From NCBI GenBank assembly GCA_010405405.1, contig MU004243.1:62001-116434 (forward strand): 54,434 bases of DNA, given 5' to 3'. The notes beneath the pieces were generated by a model. It did no database searches, was not told where the DNA came from, and worked only from the letters and a program-made list of their open reading frames with translations. The position numbers and the translations under genes were made by a program. The stretch comes from Microthyrium microscopicum. Its lineage: Eukaryota. Every line of letters starts with the position of its first letter. Position 1 is the first letter of the stretch. This document shows, one piece after another, positions 11,819 to 23,318 of this stretch.

Positions 11819-13400
11819 CTACCACTCGAATTCGCCTGTCGCTTTGTGGAAGAGATATCTAAGCAACGATTAGTATGCCTCAACAAGGAGACCTGCCGCG
11901 ACATCACTTACTCTTTTCCGCCAGTAGCAAGTACACCATCTTTCAGTGTGCACTTCCACTTTGGGTTCTTCTGTTAGCATCGTGCAATGATGAGTAAGTC
12001 TGACAAAAGAAAAAATGGATAAAAGAAAATGTTAGAATAAATACCTTGTTCTTGACGCGGTTGACCTTGTCCCAGGTGCAGAGAATCATCTCGCCCAGGG
12101 GACCTTCGTCGTCTTCTTTCTGCTCTTCCATTTCGTCTTCAGAATCGTCTAGGTCAGAGTTGATTGCGTCTTCATCTTCTTCGTCATCAGGACCGTCAAG
12201 TTGAGCTGGTCGTGCCCGAGAAACTTTGCTGGCTGATGGCTTTGCGAGAGATTTGGATGATGTGGCACGTGTTGTTAGTTCGTGGAATACTTGCGAGTCG
12301 TCTTGAGACCATTGCTCTTCTAGATGACGCTTGAGCAAACCATCGACAGCAATGCGGTCGTTAACAGATGCACGCGAGCTAGTCACGATGTCATCCCAAG
12401 TTGCAGGCGAATCGCCAGCACCATCAGTTTGAGAGTAGTTGGGAGGCCCACGTTGGCCTTGGCCTGGAGCGGGCATCTGCTGAGGACGCTGTTGTTGCTG
12501 CGGCTGCTGAAGTCCTCGTTGTTGAGGCAGACCAGACGCCTGAATAGAAGCATTGGCTTGAGGGCCAAATTGCTGTACAAGATTGTTTGCAGCACGCTGT
12601 TGAGCAACCGGATTGATTCCCGCTCCATTGTAATTCGACATGGGGTTATAGCTAGGCTCATACTTGATCTCGGGTGGCTGTTTTGGCACTTGCTGCTGCG
12701 GTTGATATTTGACATCAGACTCGCCATTCTTCACAGACAGCGCGTCATTAGACTCTTGCTTGGCTGGAGGAGGCGGAACTGGATCCCATGGCATCTTAGC
12801 GACATGGAGCTTGGTGAGATTCTCTTGCCATGCCTACAAATCATCCTGTCAGCTTTTATTTGGAGCATGAAAAGGGGGAGTTTGATATCACGTGAGTGCC
12901 AAGAAATGGTGCGTGGCGTGTTGGGCCCTTATAAAGTCTGAAATAGAAGGCTGGCCCCCCGCATTCTCGCCTCGCCTTTACCGCAGACTTTCCCCTTCCA
13001 AAGAAGAGCAACCAAAGCCCAACTTTTTTACTCACGCAACCATTTCTCATCACAATTCTTGAGTAGAACCCTCGTTCTGATAGATTTTGATGAAATCTTC
13101 AACCAGCGAGCAAATGATGACTCAAAAAGTGATGGGAGGGATGTGGCGATGGAAAACAGCTTGGAATTGCTTACCTTTTGCAGGTCTACCAACGTCTCTG
13201 GAGCATATCCTCCTTCCTCGAAATCAGTCTGCGCAGCATGCACAGTCTTTTCCATGATCTGGCGATAGATATCGCCCTGAGCAGGTCAGCATCAGCTTAG
13301 AACTACGCTTCAAAGGGGTTCCAACAACAACGGCAACAGCACCTCCCCAGGAACGGTGGCGGGACAGAGCGGCGCAACTTACGACTACTTGGTTGGACAT
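11819..13400 (-). CDS. TOA1: Transcription initiation factor IIA large (alpha/beta) subunit
   Basis: Exons 13400-13383, 13276-13175, 12833-12045, 11958-11912, 11858-11819. Product MSNQVV/GDIYRQIMEKTV...DFEEGG...DLQK/AWQENL...QLDG...AINSDLDD...MILCTWDKVNRVKNK/WKCTLKDGVL...KE/YLFHKATGEFEW*, matching the TFIIA signature motifs. Confidence 0.95.
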
Positions 13401-14232
13401 GATGACCGACTGATTGCCTCAAACAGCGCGACTGGTGATGAAATCTATCTTGTATCGCGAACTTCTAGATGGAGAGGACTTGACGCAGTGCTAGTGAGGC
13501 CGATGAGCTCGAGCCAGTTAGGCGATGAGTTCGACCCCCCGCAACTTTCTGCTCTGCAAAGAAAGCTTCGTCTAAACTGTATCCTCGTCCTGGCTTTATC
13601 TGGTTTATGGTTTGGCGGTGGTTTAAGGGCTGCGCAGGGTGTGGGATAGTGGTATGGCTAACTGGTGTGATGGGATCTGGGTGGATTGTAATGGTGAGAG
13701 TTACAAGGCAGTGGCAGCAATTGGGGGGTACATCAGTCTTGGCGTCACGTGAATCCTCACCCAATTCACCTCCTTCCTATTTTGGCAGTCTCTTTTACCA
13801 TTTTGGACTTTTGGCCTTGAGACGAGTCACCTTGCTAACCATTTCATTGATCGGTCTATGCAGTCTCTCTTCTTTCACTTTTGAGCAATTTCACCTCTAG
13901 AATGGAAATAAATCCAGCGTGTTGAGGTCACACTCATTGGCGGCAATTTCAGCTTTTGAGGTAGAAATATGTCATTAAGATCATACTAGAAGTCTAACAA
14001 CACATATATGTATTGTATGAATTGTGTATGATATGCATAGATGATACCGGAGGATCTCTAATTCAGGGTGTTCTCTTTGCTTTCTCTCCACCTTGCGACT
14101 GGATGTCCTTCGAGTGACTACGATTCACTGGTAGCGACACGAGACGAACAGAAACCGATTCTGGATTATGACTGAGTAGGTAGTGTTAATAATGCCCCAA
14201 GGACGAGCCACAAGCACAAAAGGCCTATTGCT

Positions 14233-15634
14233 TCAGCTTCCAATCGTTCCCTGTGAAGGCTGTGATTGTGAAGGCCCTGCCCTTTTCTTCTCTTTCTTCG
14301 CCCACCGTACTAGAAAATAGTGTCAGTAGCCATCAGAGCAAGCTTTTGTGAAAGCACTTACATCCGCAAGCATTACATAAGGTTTTTGGCCCATTGGGTC
14401 CTTTGCGCCATTCGGGGGAATCCAGTGTCCCGCAGTCGGTGCATACATATTCATCTGCTAGTTTTATTTTCTTCTTCTTTTCTTGACCTGCTCGTTGTTC
14501 TCGATCGGTGGAGATTGCTATGCCCGCGTCACCCTTGATCAGAGCTGGACTTACTGCGCCTGTACTTATGCCATGAGAGCGCTCGCCATGACGCAACCCA
14601 GTCAACATTTCAATATGCTCAATTGGAGTTGCTCCTTCGTATCTTGCCATCTTGTCGTTGATACTGTCAGGTCTAGATGCTGCAAGTGCTTCACTGAGGT
14701 TCTGTCTTGTGAGCGCCGTATTAGATATGGAGGGCTTAGGTGGAGGTGGCATCCCATCGTAGGATGACGGTGCGCCGTTGTCGGTTTCCGTTTTTGGTTC
14801 TGTTCTTTGATCGTCAGATGCTGTGGTGATTGTCTGTCCATCTCTCCTCGATATCATTTGATCTTCTTGCTCCAGCTCCTCCTTTTCTTCCCGCTTCAAT
14901 TCTTCGATCTTCCGAAGCAGTCTTTCATTCTCAATCTTATGCTCTAGGAATGAGTCGAGCATGTGTGCATTCTTCTCAGGGTAGGGTCTGGATACTATAA
15001 ACACTCCTCGACAAATTCGAGCGCCCTCATTGTAGCTGTTAGAGTTGAGAACCTCAGTCCCAAAATGAGGATGACCGTATGCTTCAAAGATGGCATAGCT
15101 CTGCTGATCGGCCTTTTCAAAGCGATAAAAGAATCGCAGTTGGTTCTGAGAAGCAATGGATTCGTTGTACTCTCGGCGTACCATGCTTTTATCCAAGGGA
15201 TGCACATAATCAACGAGAAACCTTGATTTGAGGCTCGAGGGTTCGTGGCCAGTCAACTCTTTGCATGACTGAGATACGTATTGCATTCTTCCATCAGGCG
15301 AAAGGATAATCAAGAGGTCTTTCAACTCAGCCAGTATTTGACGTGACCAGTGCCGTCGTTTGGTAAATTCGGTCAACGTGCTTCCTGTTCCTGGAGCTGG
15401 AGGCACGCCAAATCCAGTGGGCAAAGGGCCGGCGCCAACTTGTGCGGATCCAGCTTCATTTGCTGGGACCATTGCACTGCTAGTTGTGGCAAGGCTGGCT
15501 TGGATAGTGGTAGACTCTGAGGCTCGGGAGTCGGGCGCATATTGATTTGCGGTACTGCCATAATTGCTAGTGGATGTGCCAGGGGTTTCGGCCATGGATA
15601 CATCAGTACCTCCATCAAATAGATCTTGAGACAT
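14233..15634 (-). CDS. wc-2: White collar-2 / LreB-type PAS + GATA zinc-finger transcription factor
   Basis: [12 protein letters not shown], a PAS domain, [14 protein letters not shown] coiled coil and the GATA finger [35 protein letters not shown]. Intron 14361-14310; stop at 14235-14233. Confidence 0.93.
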
Positions 15635-16192
15635 ACGGCGCGAGGCCGCGGTGGCTAACTATGTGCCTGTAAGTATAATTTAACGGTAGTTGGATATCGA
15701 TGATAGGGCCTACAGACTTCGGACCCATTAGAAAACATTCTCTCTACCATATCAGCAGGAAAACTGGATGATTCTGTCGTCTTTCATTCAGTATTGCACT
15801 TCTCACCGCTCGTGCGCCTGATAATGGGAAGGGTGAGACCATCTAGGCAAACATGGGCATTCGAAATCCGATGTTGCATGTAGCCAATGGCGACACATGG
15901 GCTTTTTGGGTTCGAGATCTCTTACCTCAAAGCAGGCTCTTGTTCCTTCCTAAACGGGACGAAAATGAGGTCATCTCCTTCCAAATGTCTCAAATTGGCA
16001 TCACGTGATATCGCGCTTCTTTTTGAGCTTGGAGCCTTGGGAGCCTAGCTTTCACCACCGCGTCGCGCGTGTCACTAACTTCAAATTCTACACTTCAATG
16101 TTTCCTTGAGAGGTCTTCATAGGCCATGGGAACTTGGACATCTCAAAAACACTCCTACCACCACTCCCACTACACTCATCATCAACTCCGCC
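15635..16192. promoter_or_regulatory. Divergent promoter region between wc-2 and RAD50, with MCB-like CGCG cluster and TCACGTGA box
   Basis: 558 bp between head-to-head start codons. CGCGTCGCGCGT at 16059-16070 and TCACGTGA at 16001-16008. Function is inferred from motif resemblance only. Confidence 0.45.
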
Positions 16193-19100
16193 ATGTCGAA
16201 AATCAATCGGCTCCTAATCTCAGGGTAAGCCAAATATCTCGACTATTCCTCCTACTTTTCCGGAACTAATTGCGCTCTAGCATTCGGTCCTTTGATCCAC
16301 ATGCCAGTGAGGTTATCAAAATCTATACACCACTGACCTTGATCGTTGGTCCCAATGGCTCTGGCAAAACAGTAAGCAACCGGTCCCACGTTCCAGAGAA
16401 AGTTGCTAACGGGAAAATAGACTATCATCGAATGTTTGCGATACATAACCACCGGCGAATTGCCTCCAAACTCTGCTACAGGCGGAGCATGGCTCCACGA
16501 TCCAAAACTAGTCGGAGAGAACGAAGTCCTGGGTCACATAAAGATGTCTTTCACTGGAACTGCTGGCGAGTACATGATTTGTGATCGAAAGTTACAACTC
16601 ACCGTGAAGAAGGCATCGCGGTCGCAAAAGGCCCTGGAGGGCGTTCTAAAGATAATAAAGAAGAATGGCGAGGAAACCGTGGTATCGAGCAAAAGATTGG
16701 AATTGGATGAAATTATGCCCAAACATCTGGGTGTGTCAAAGGTGATCTTGGAGTCGGTCATATTCTGTCATCAAGACGACAGCTTGTGGCCCATGAGTGC
16801 ATCAAGCGTGCTGAAGACCAAATTTGATGCCATCTTCGAAGCTTCAAAATACACAAAGGCAGTCAACGAGCTCAAACTCTCCCGGAAGGATCTACATGAT
16901 CAATTGGGGGTCCTCAAGCTCGCCTTGGAGCATGCAGAGAAAACGAAAGTGAAGCGAGCCGTAGCAGAAGAGAAAATGCAGAAGCTGTATGATGTACTTG
17001 AATCACTGAGAGAGCAACATGCAAAGATTACGGAAGATCTCAAAGTCGCCAACGCAAAGGCAACCGAGGCTTGGGACCATGCAGCAGGTTTTGAGCGTAT
17101 ACTCAGCGATCTAAACTCTAAACGCGTTGTAGCAAGCACGTTGAAAGACAGCCTAGAGACCAGTGGGATGAGTATCACCAAAATGTCCGAGTCTGACGAA
17201 GAGCTTCTCAAGATGCAGGCTGAATATGGCGCTTACGTCGCCAAACTCCAGAACGAAAAGGACGCTTTGTCCCGTCGCTGGGAAGAGGTCAATTCCAGCA
17301 TGAAAAAAAGCCGACAAGCGCTTGGAAATAAACAGACTGAAGTTGGCATGTTTAAGAATGCTATGAACCAGTACGAGCGACAAGTTCAGACTCGGAAGGC
17401 GCTGGTCAAGGAGATTGCCGCTGTGTACTCTATTCGTGGGTTTGACAATGAGATCAGTGATGATCTGGTTGACGACTTTAAGCAACGCCTTGACCGACTA
17501 CTGCGAGACGAGAAGTCAGCAGCGGATCACGCACGCGAAGAGCACCAGTCTGAGCTTTCAAAAGCTCAATCCAGTCTCAGCGGGCTCACCGGGAAGCGAA
17601 CTTCCCTCACACATTCCCAAGGCGTTGCGAAAGCACGTCGAGATGCAAATGAATCCAAAATATCGGATTTGCAACGCCAAGTCAACCTCATGGACGTCGA
17701 TGAGGGCCGTAAAGCTGTCCTGGAAACTCGTGTTCAAGATTTGAGTGAACGCCACCAGCGATCAAAGGCAGAGTTTGAGAAAGCAGACTGGACACATCAA
17801 GTCGAAAATGCTGAATCCACTCTCTCTTCATTGTCGGAAAAGAAAGATCGACTTGATGCAGAACAAGTCGAGGCCGCGCGACATGCTGCCGACCTTGGCC
17901 AGCTTGATTACTTAGTTCAAGAGCTCAAGAGTAGGCGGAAGCTGCTCGATACAAACACCAAGAGCTATGACAAGCAGTTCCGCTCTCTGCTTCAAGGCGA
18001 CTGGAGTCCACAAACTGTTGAGCAAAAGTACAAGCAGGTGATGGAGGATTACAATGACGCTGTCAAGAGTGCAGAAGTCCATCGCGATCGTTTGCAGCGC
18101 GACTTGGAGCAGGAGAACTACAAGCTTCGGGAAGCTACCCGCTCTCTGGAGACGAAACGAAAGCAGTCCGCAGACAGCTACTCAGCTATCAAAGCAGTAA
18201 CGGATGAGGAGCCTGCTGATTATGAAAAGACCCTTGCAGAGCTCGAAGATAGTTATGAGATTGGCAAATCCGATCAGACAATGTTCCAAGTCCTAGATGA
18301 CTACTACACAAAGTGCGAGGAGGTTGGAGGTAAAAAGAATCTCTGCCAGCTCTGCCAGCGCAGCTTTTCCAGCCCTACAGAGAAGAAAACTTTCCTTACC
18401 CGCGTCGAGAAATTGCGCAAAGATCGCTTGGCGGCTATGAACGACGACGTTCAGCGATCTATCGAAGAGGATACTCTCAAATTTCGAGCCATTCGTCACA
18501 CCTATGACACATGGATTCAGGTTACAGCAGAGATCCCTGATCATCAAAAACTGCAATCCGAGCTAGAATGCAACCGAGACAAGCTCAATCTAGAGCTGGA
18601 GAAAGCTGACGAGACCGTCAAGGAACGTAGTACCGCAAAGCGAGATGCGGAGCAGCTAAATAAGCCCATCCAAAGCATTACCAAATGCCTGTCAGAAATA
18701 TCGACGTTTGAGTCTCAGCTCCATGACCTCGAGGCCAAACAAAATGCAATGGGCAAGATCCGATCAACAACTGCGATTCAAGATGAGATCAAGCTTGTCA
18801 ACGGTGAGATCAAGTCAGCTACAGCAGAGGTCAACCGAATTAGAACGGAACGAGAGCGCTGTCAGCACTTGATCTTTGCTCTTTATGGCGAACTTAGTGA
18901 TGCTAGCGCCAAGTACACACAGATTCAACATGACTTGGCGAAAAAATTGTCGCTGGAGACTCAGATCACAGAAAACCAGGCCCAATCGGCTCAAGAAAAA
19001 GAGTACTTGAAGCGTATGGAACAAGACCTTCAAGTACTCGCTCCTGAAATTGCTCAAATGCAAGAAAAGCTCAACGATATCGCGGATCGAGGTAATGGGC

Positions 19101-20206
19101 GAGAGCGAGAAGCGCAAGCCAGCATCTCCAAAGTCAAAGACAGTATCAGCCGCTTGGCCTTGCAGAGCCACGAGATTGATGACTTCATCTCACGCGGCGG
19201 ACCTTTGGATCTTGCGCGAGGCACTCGAGAGATGGAAAGCCTAGAAGCAGACATCAAGAAACTTGAAGCTGAAGCCCATAGTGTTGGCAAAGAAGTAAAC
19301 AAGGCTGATAAGGAGCTCCGGAATCATGACGACCGCAAGCAGTCTATTGCCCAAAATTTGACATACCGCGCCAACCAGAAGAAGCTCGCTGATGTTGAGC
19401 TTGCCATTGCCCAAGCAGAATCTACTAACGCAGAGCGAGATCGAGCTCATTACAATGAAGAAGGTGAAACGTGGCAGCGAGAGCGCAATCGTCTAAGCGC
19501 AGAGCAGGCAACTATTTCTGGCGAAGTGGGGTCCAAAGATGACCAGCTCACCGATCTAAACAAAGAGTACTTACTGGAGTATAAAGATGCCATTGTGGTG
19601 TACCAGCGCTGCTTCATCACCCTCAAGGTGACAGAAAGCGCCATCAGTGATCTGGACAAGTATGCAAAGGCTCTCGACAAAGCTATCCTGAAATACCACA
19701 GCGCCAAGATGGATGAGATCAACCGCATTATTGAGGAGCTCTGGCGCAAAACTTACCGCGGCTCGGATGTTGATACAATTTTTATCCGCTCAGATCCTGA
19801 TAGCGGCAAGGCCAAGTCATACAACTATCGTGTCGTGATGGTCAAGCAAGATGCGGAGATGGATATGCGTGGGCGGTGCAGCGCTGGACAGAAAGTCCTC
19901 GCCAGCATTATCATCCGTCTAGCACTTGCGGAGTGCTTCAGCACAAAGTGCGGCGTGATCGCTCTAGATGAGCCAACTACAAACCTAGACCGCGACAACA
20001 TTCGTTCTCTAGGCCAGTCTCTCAACGAGCTCATCCGCTATCGCCGCAAGCAAGCCAACTTCCAGCTCATTGTCATTACTCACGACGAGGAGTTCTTGCG
20101 GCAGATGAAGTGCGCGGACCTTTGTGATGAATACTTCCGAATCTCGAGAAGCGACAAGCAAAAGTCTTCGATTACGAAGCAGTCTATTAGCGAAGTGTAC
20201 CGTTGA
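16193..20206 (+). CDS. RAD50: DNA repair protein Rad50 (SMC-like ATPase)
   Basis: ATG 16193, introns 16225-16280 and 16372-16420. GIRSF, Walker A GPNGSGKT/TIIECL, Q-loop IFCHQDDS, zinc hook CQLC, signature MRGRCSAGQKVLAS, Walker B ALDEPTTNLD, H-loop IVITHDEEF. Confidence 0.97.
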
Positions 20207-20865
20207 AAGACTTGAGACTTTGCAGATTTCTTGTCCGTGTCATTATGGTTTTCAACGTTATTGGAGCGAGTTCAAACATCAGCATTGCTTGCGTGGAGTT
20301 AATCATCAGATCATCTACCGGTTATCAAGGTAGATAAAAAGGCTTCTCGGGATTCATAGCTGACGCTTGTGAATATCACTCTGGCAAATTTCATGCGGAA
20401 CATGTTCATACTGTTGTTACCCTCAATACACATAGTTGTTGTGATGTATCATGAAACTTCTCTCTATCTTACATTGTTCTTTTCCTTGACAATTAGGTCT
20501 GTAGGTTATCAGCAGTAGTAAGACTGTTAAACTGGCTTCCCCCAAATCAGCGTGAATGGTGATCAACGTAGGATAACAATGATAGACTTGAGGATGACTC
20601 CGAGGATAATCGCAAAATGGTACATATGGTCAAGGCATCCAGGCTAGTTATGATCAACCTAAGTGACATAGGCGATTTTGAGAGAGCTGTCTGTTGGCCC
20701 CGTCCGTAGGTTCAAAGTGGATAGTAGTATTTCTACAGCCTGATATATCAAAACCAGCAACATATCAACAACTCCCTACGCCTCCCTACGCCTCCTCCTT
20801 TAATATCAACAAAAGGCTAATAGTATGTATACAAGACCATGAACAATCAACCAGACATGCACAAT

Positions 20866-22731
20866 CTAGTCAAACCACCGCCCCCATTTTCCCCTCTCCG
20901 CCCTGTCAGAGCCAGCAAATTTCCGTTCCTCCTTCTCCCAATGCTTCCGTAACATCGTCCGCCTTGCATTAAACGCCCTCACAAACCTCCAAGCCTCTGA
21001 ATCGCCCATGTTCCACCCCTCCACTGCCTCCCTAACCTTCTTATTCGGCCCACTCTTACTCGTTACCATGCTCTTTGCCTTGCCTAGCAATCTCTTCTCC
21101 TCCACTAACTTCTCCGCCTCTGGTCTGGCCTTGCCTTCATCCTCATCTTCTTTGTTGCGCGGCCTTCGTTCTGGGCCAGGTACTGGCGTCTCGCTCTTGG
21201 CATCAACGCGGACATCTACCCCCTCATGTGGTACGGAGAAGCCAAATATCCATTGCAGTTCGCTCTCCGGTAGTCCGTGCTCTGCTGTGACCCAGAGCGT
21301 GCGGCCGGCGGCCCAGTTGCTGGCGACGGCGGATTTGAGGACGGAGAGTTTGGCGGCGTTCGTTCCTTTCTGAGATGCGGACGTGACAGCTGTGAGCCAC
21401 ATGTCACGGCCAGTGTGGCCGAGCCGGCGGACAAATGCTGCGTCGATGGCGTCGCGGTTGCTGGTGAGTGAAGCGGTGGTATAAGGATGTGGTACGATGC
21501 CGATGAAGAACTTTTCGGTGGTGTTTCGGAATGAGGATGGTGTTGCGATGGGGACGGGTTGCGAGGATACGCAGCGCTTGCAATTTGGTTGGTTTGGTGG
21601 ACAGGAGCTTTGCATTGGGTTGGATGGTGGGCAGGAGGTGAGATTGCCGGCGATGTAGAGTGCTGGGTCGACCATGGCGGTTGTGGATTTTGCCATGGGT
21701 TTGAGGACGGCCACTTCGGTGAAGGTTGCGTGCCAGATGCCGTGAAGATGAGCATTGATGAGATTTCCGAGCAGACGAAGGCCTTTTGCGCGGTCAGAGC
21801 CGAAGAGGGGGGTGGCAATGTCTTTGTATTTCTTGGATATGGTGTCGCTATCGTAAAAGGCGACGCCATCTTGGCCGGAGTCGATGCTAAACATGTCCGC
21901 GAACATTTTGTCGGCGAAGTTAAGTGCTTTTTTGACATCAGGTTGTTTTATGGCGCTTGCGATGCCTTTCTTGACAACGTCTTTGTCACCGCAGAATAAG
22001 CCGCCTTTCAGACGCTCGTATCTTGTGAGTTTTGGGTATTGGCCTCGCCTTAGGAATGAAAGTAGCGCATTGTTATAGTCTGCCATTGGGAATGTCACCC
22101 AATCTGTGATGATCCCACCGCCCATGTTCTCCCATGCTAGCCAGCGCGCAAACTCTCGCTCGATGTTGTCTTGAAGGCCGAGCTGCTGAACAGTCCGATA
22201 CTTCGGATTCTGCATCGCGTCCGGTCGCCCTAATACGCGCGGCATGAAACCCTGAGCATACCAAGCTCTTCTCCATTGAAATATCAACCGCTCCTCTGCC
22301 TTCTGGACATCACTCGATGACTTCTTTGACGGTTCGTAGAATGTATAAATCGGTGGGCGCAGCTGCACTGGCGGTAGGAGCGCGCGCTCATGGTCGCGTG
22401 TTACGTCGTACGAAAAGGGTAGCAGCCAGTGCCAGTCGGCGTGCCATTTCGAGTCGCCGGCGGATGAGTTGCTTTGCACAGCGGGTGGTGTATGTACTGG
22501 CGCAGCAAATGGATTGAGCTTTTGCAGAGCTATGGAGTCTGGCAGCGCAGGTCGAGGAATATGATCAGGGAGGTGTTCGCGAACAGCGGATGGGACTGGA
22601 ACGGCGGTAGGAGCGCTGATTGCTGAAAGAAGGTAGATGATGGAGAGGAGGAGGGAAGTTAGGAGTAGGATAACCCTGTACCTTTTTGGGAAGGGCGGTA
22701 CGCTTGATGGTTTGCCTAAAGAGCCTGGCAT
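20866..22731 (-). CDS. Hypothetical type II membrane-anchored protein (621 aa)
   Basis: Long intronless ORF with an N-terminal TM segment (VILLLTSLLLSIIYLLSAI), a Pro-rich stem and a globular part (WRRAWYAQGF, RWLAWENMGGG). Topology resembles Golgi/ER enzymes, but the function is not recognised. Confidence 0.8.
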   Translation of the reverse strand: MPGSLGKPSSVPPFPKRYRVILLLTSLLLSIIYLLSAISAPTAVPVPSAVREHLPDHIPRPALPDSIALQKLNPFAAPVHTPPAVQSNSSAGDSKWHADWHWLLPFSYDVTRDHERALLPPVQLRPPIYTFYEPSKKSSSDVQKAEERLIFQWRRAWYAQGFMPRVLGRPDAMQNPKYRTVQQLGLQDNIEREFARWLAWENMGGGIITDWVTFPMADYNNALLSFLRRGQYPKLTRYERLKGGLFCGDKDVVKKGIASAIKQPDVKKALNFADKMFADMFSIDSGQDGVAFYDSDTISKKYKDIATPLFGSDRAKGLRLLGNLINAHLHGIWHATFTEVAVLKPMAKSTTAMVDPALYIAGNLTSCPPSNPMQSSCPPNQPNCKRCVSSQPVPIATPSSFRNTTEKFFIGIVPHPYTTASLTSNRDAIDAAFVRRLGHTGRDMWLTAVTSASQKGTNAAKLSVLKSAVASNWAAGRTLWVTAEHGLPESELQWIFGFSVPHEGVDVRVDAKSETPVPGPERRPRNKEDEDEGKARPEAEKLVEEKRLLGKAKSMVTSKSGPNKKVREAVEGWNMGDSEAWRFVRAFNARRTMLRKHWEKEERKFAGSDRAERGKWGRWFD

Positions 22732-23318
22732 CTCGGATAGATGTTGGACTTAATCGCTCAAGAGTCAGGAAAGTATTGTCGCCGCCGCATTGTAGATGCT
22801 GACGTTGGAAGAAGAGAGTTGGATGCAAATAGTCAGCGCAATAGGCGGTAATGTGTAGGAGTTGGGCTGTTAAGAGTCTTATTAATAAACTTGAACTTAG
22901 TACCACACACACTAAGTTGTACGTGTTCTGTTTCGTCTTCCAACATAAAGGAAGACTATATGTCGTTTTAAGATATAATATGTGCTACTTGGAAACTGAT
23001 CTGTTATATCTCATCAAGCTATAATCTTCACATAAAATAGTTTGGTAAGATCAATGCCCCTGAAATTGGCTATAGATATGTAGGCTAAGCCTATTATGGC
23101 TAGCGTTTCTGTTCGCTGGATGGTTCTGTTCATCAAACTCTCTGAAAGTCATGAATATTCAAGAAGATATAGCAGACGTGGAAGTATAATTGCGTATTGC
23201 GCCTCATAGATACCAAGACGAATGTCCAAGTACTGTGAGTCAGGGAGAGTGGCCTGAGCCGAAGTAGCTCCATGAGTTGGCCAGGATCACAACTGTAGAC
23301 ATATCTCTACTCGCAGTC

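Noticed and set aside
13047..13053. Box C-like GTGATGA (minus strand) in TOA1 intron 2 suggesting a C/D snoRNA
   Set aside because: The only downstream CTGA is the branch point ~200 nt away, and I found no terminal stem or rRNA guide. The TGATGA is better explained as the tandem stops of the candidate cassette exon.
18343..18355. Rad50 zinc hook reads CQLC rather than CPxC
   Set aside because: The CxxC is intact; variation of the inner residues is not evidence of altered function.
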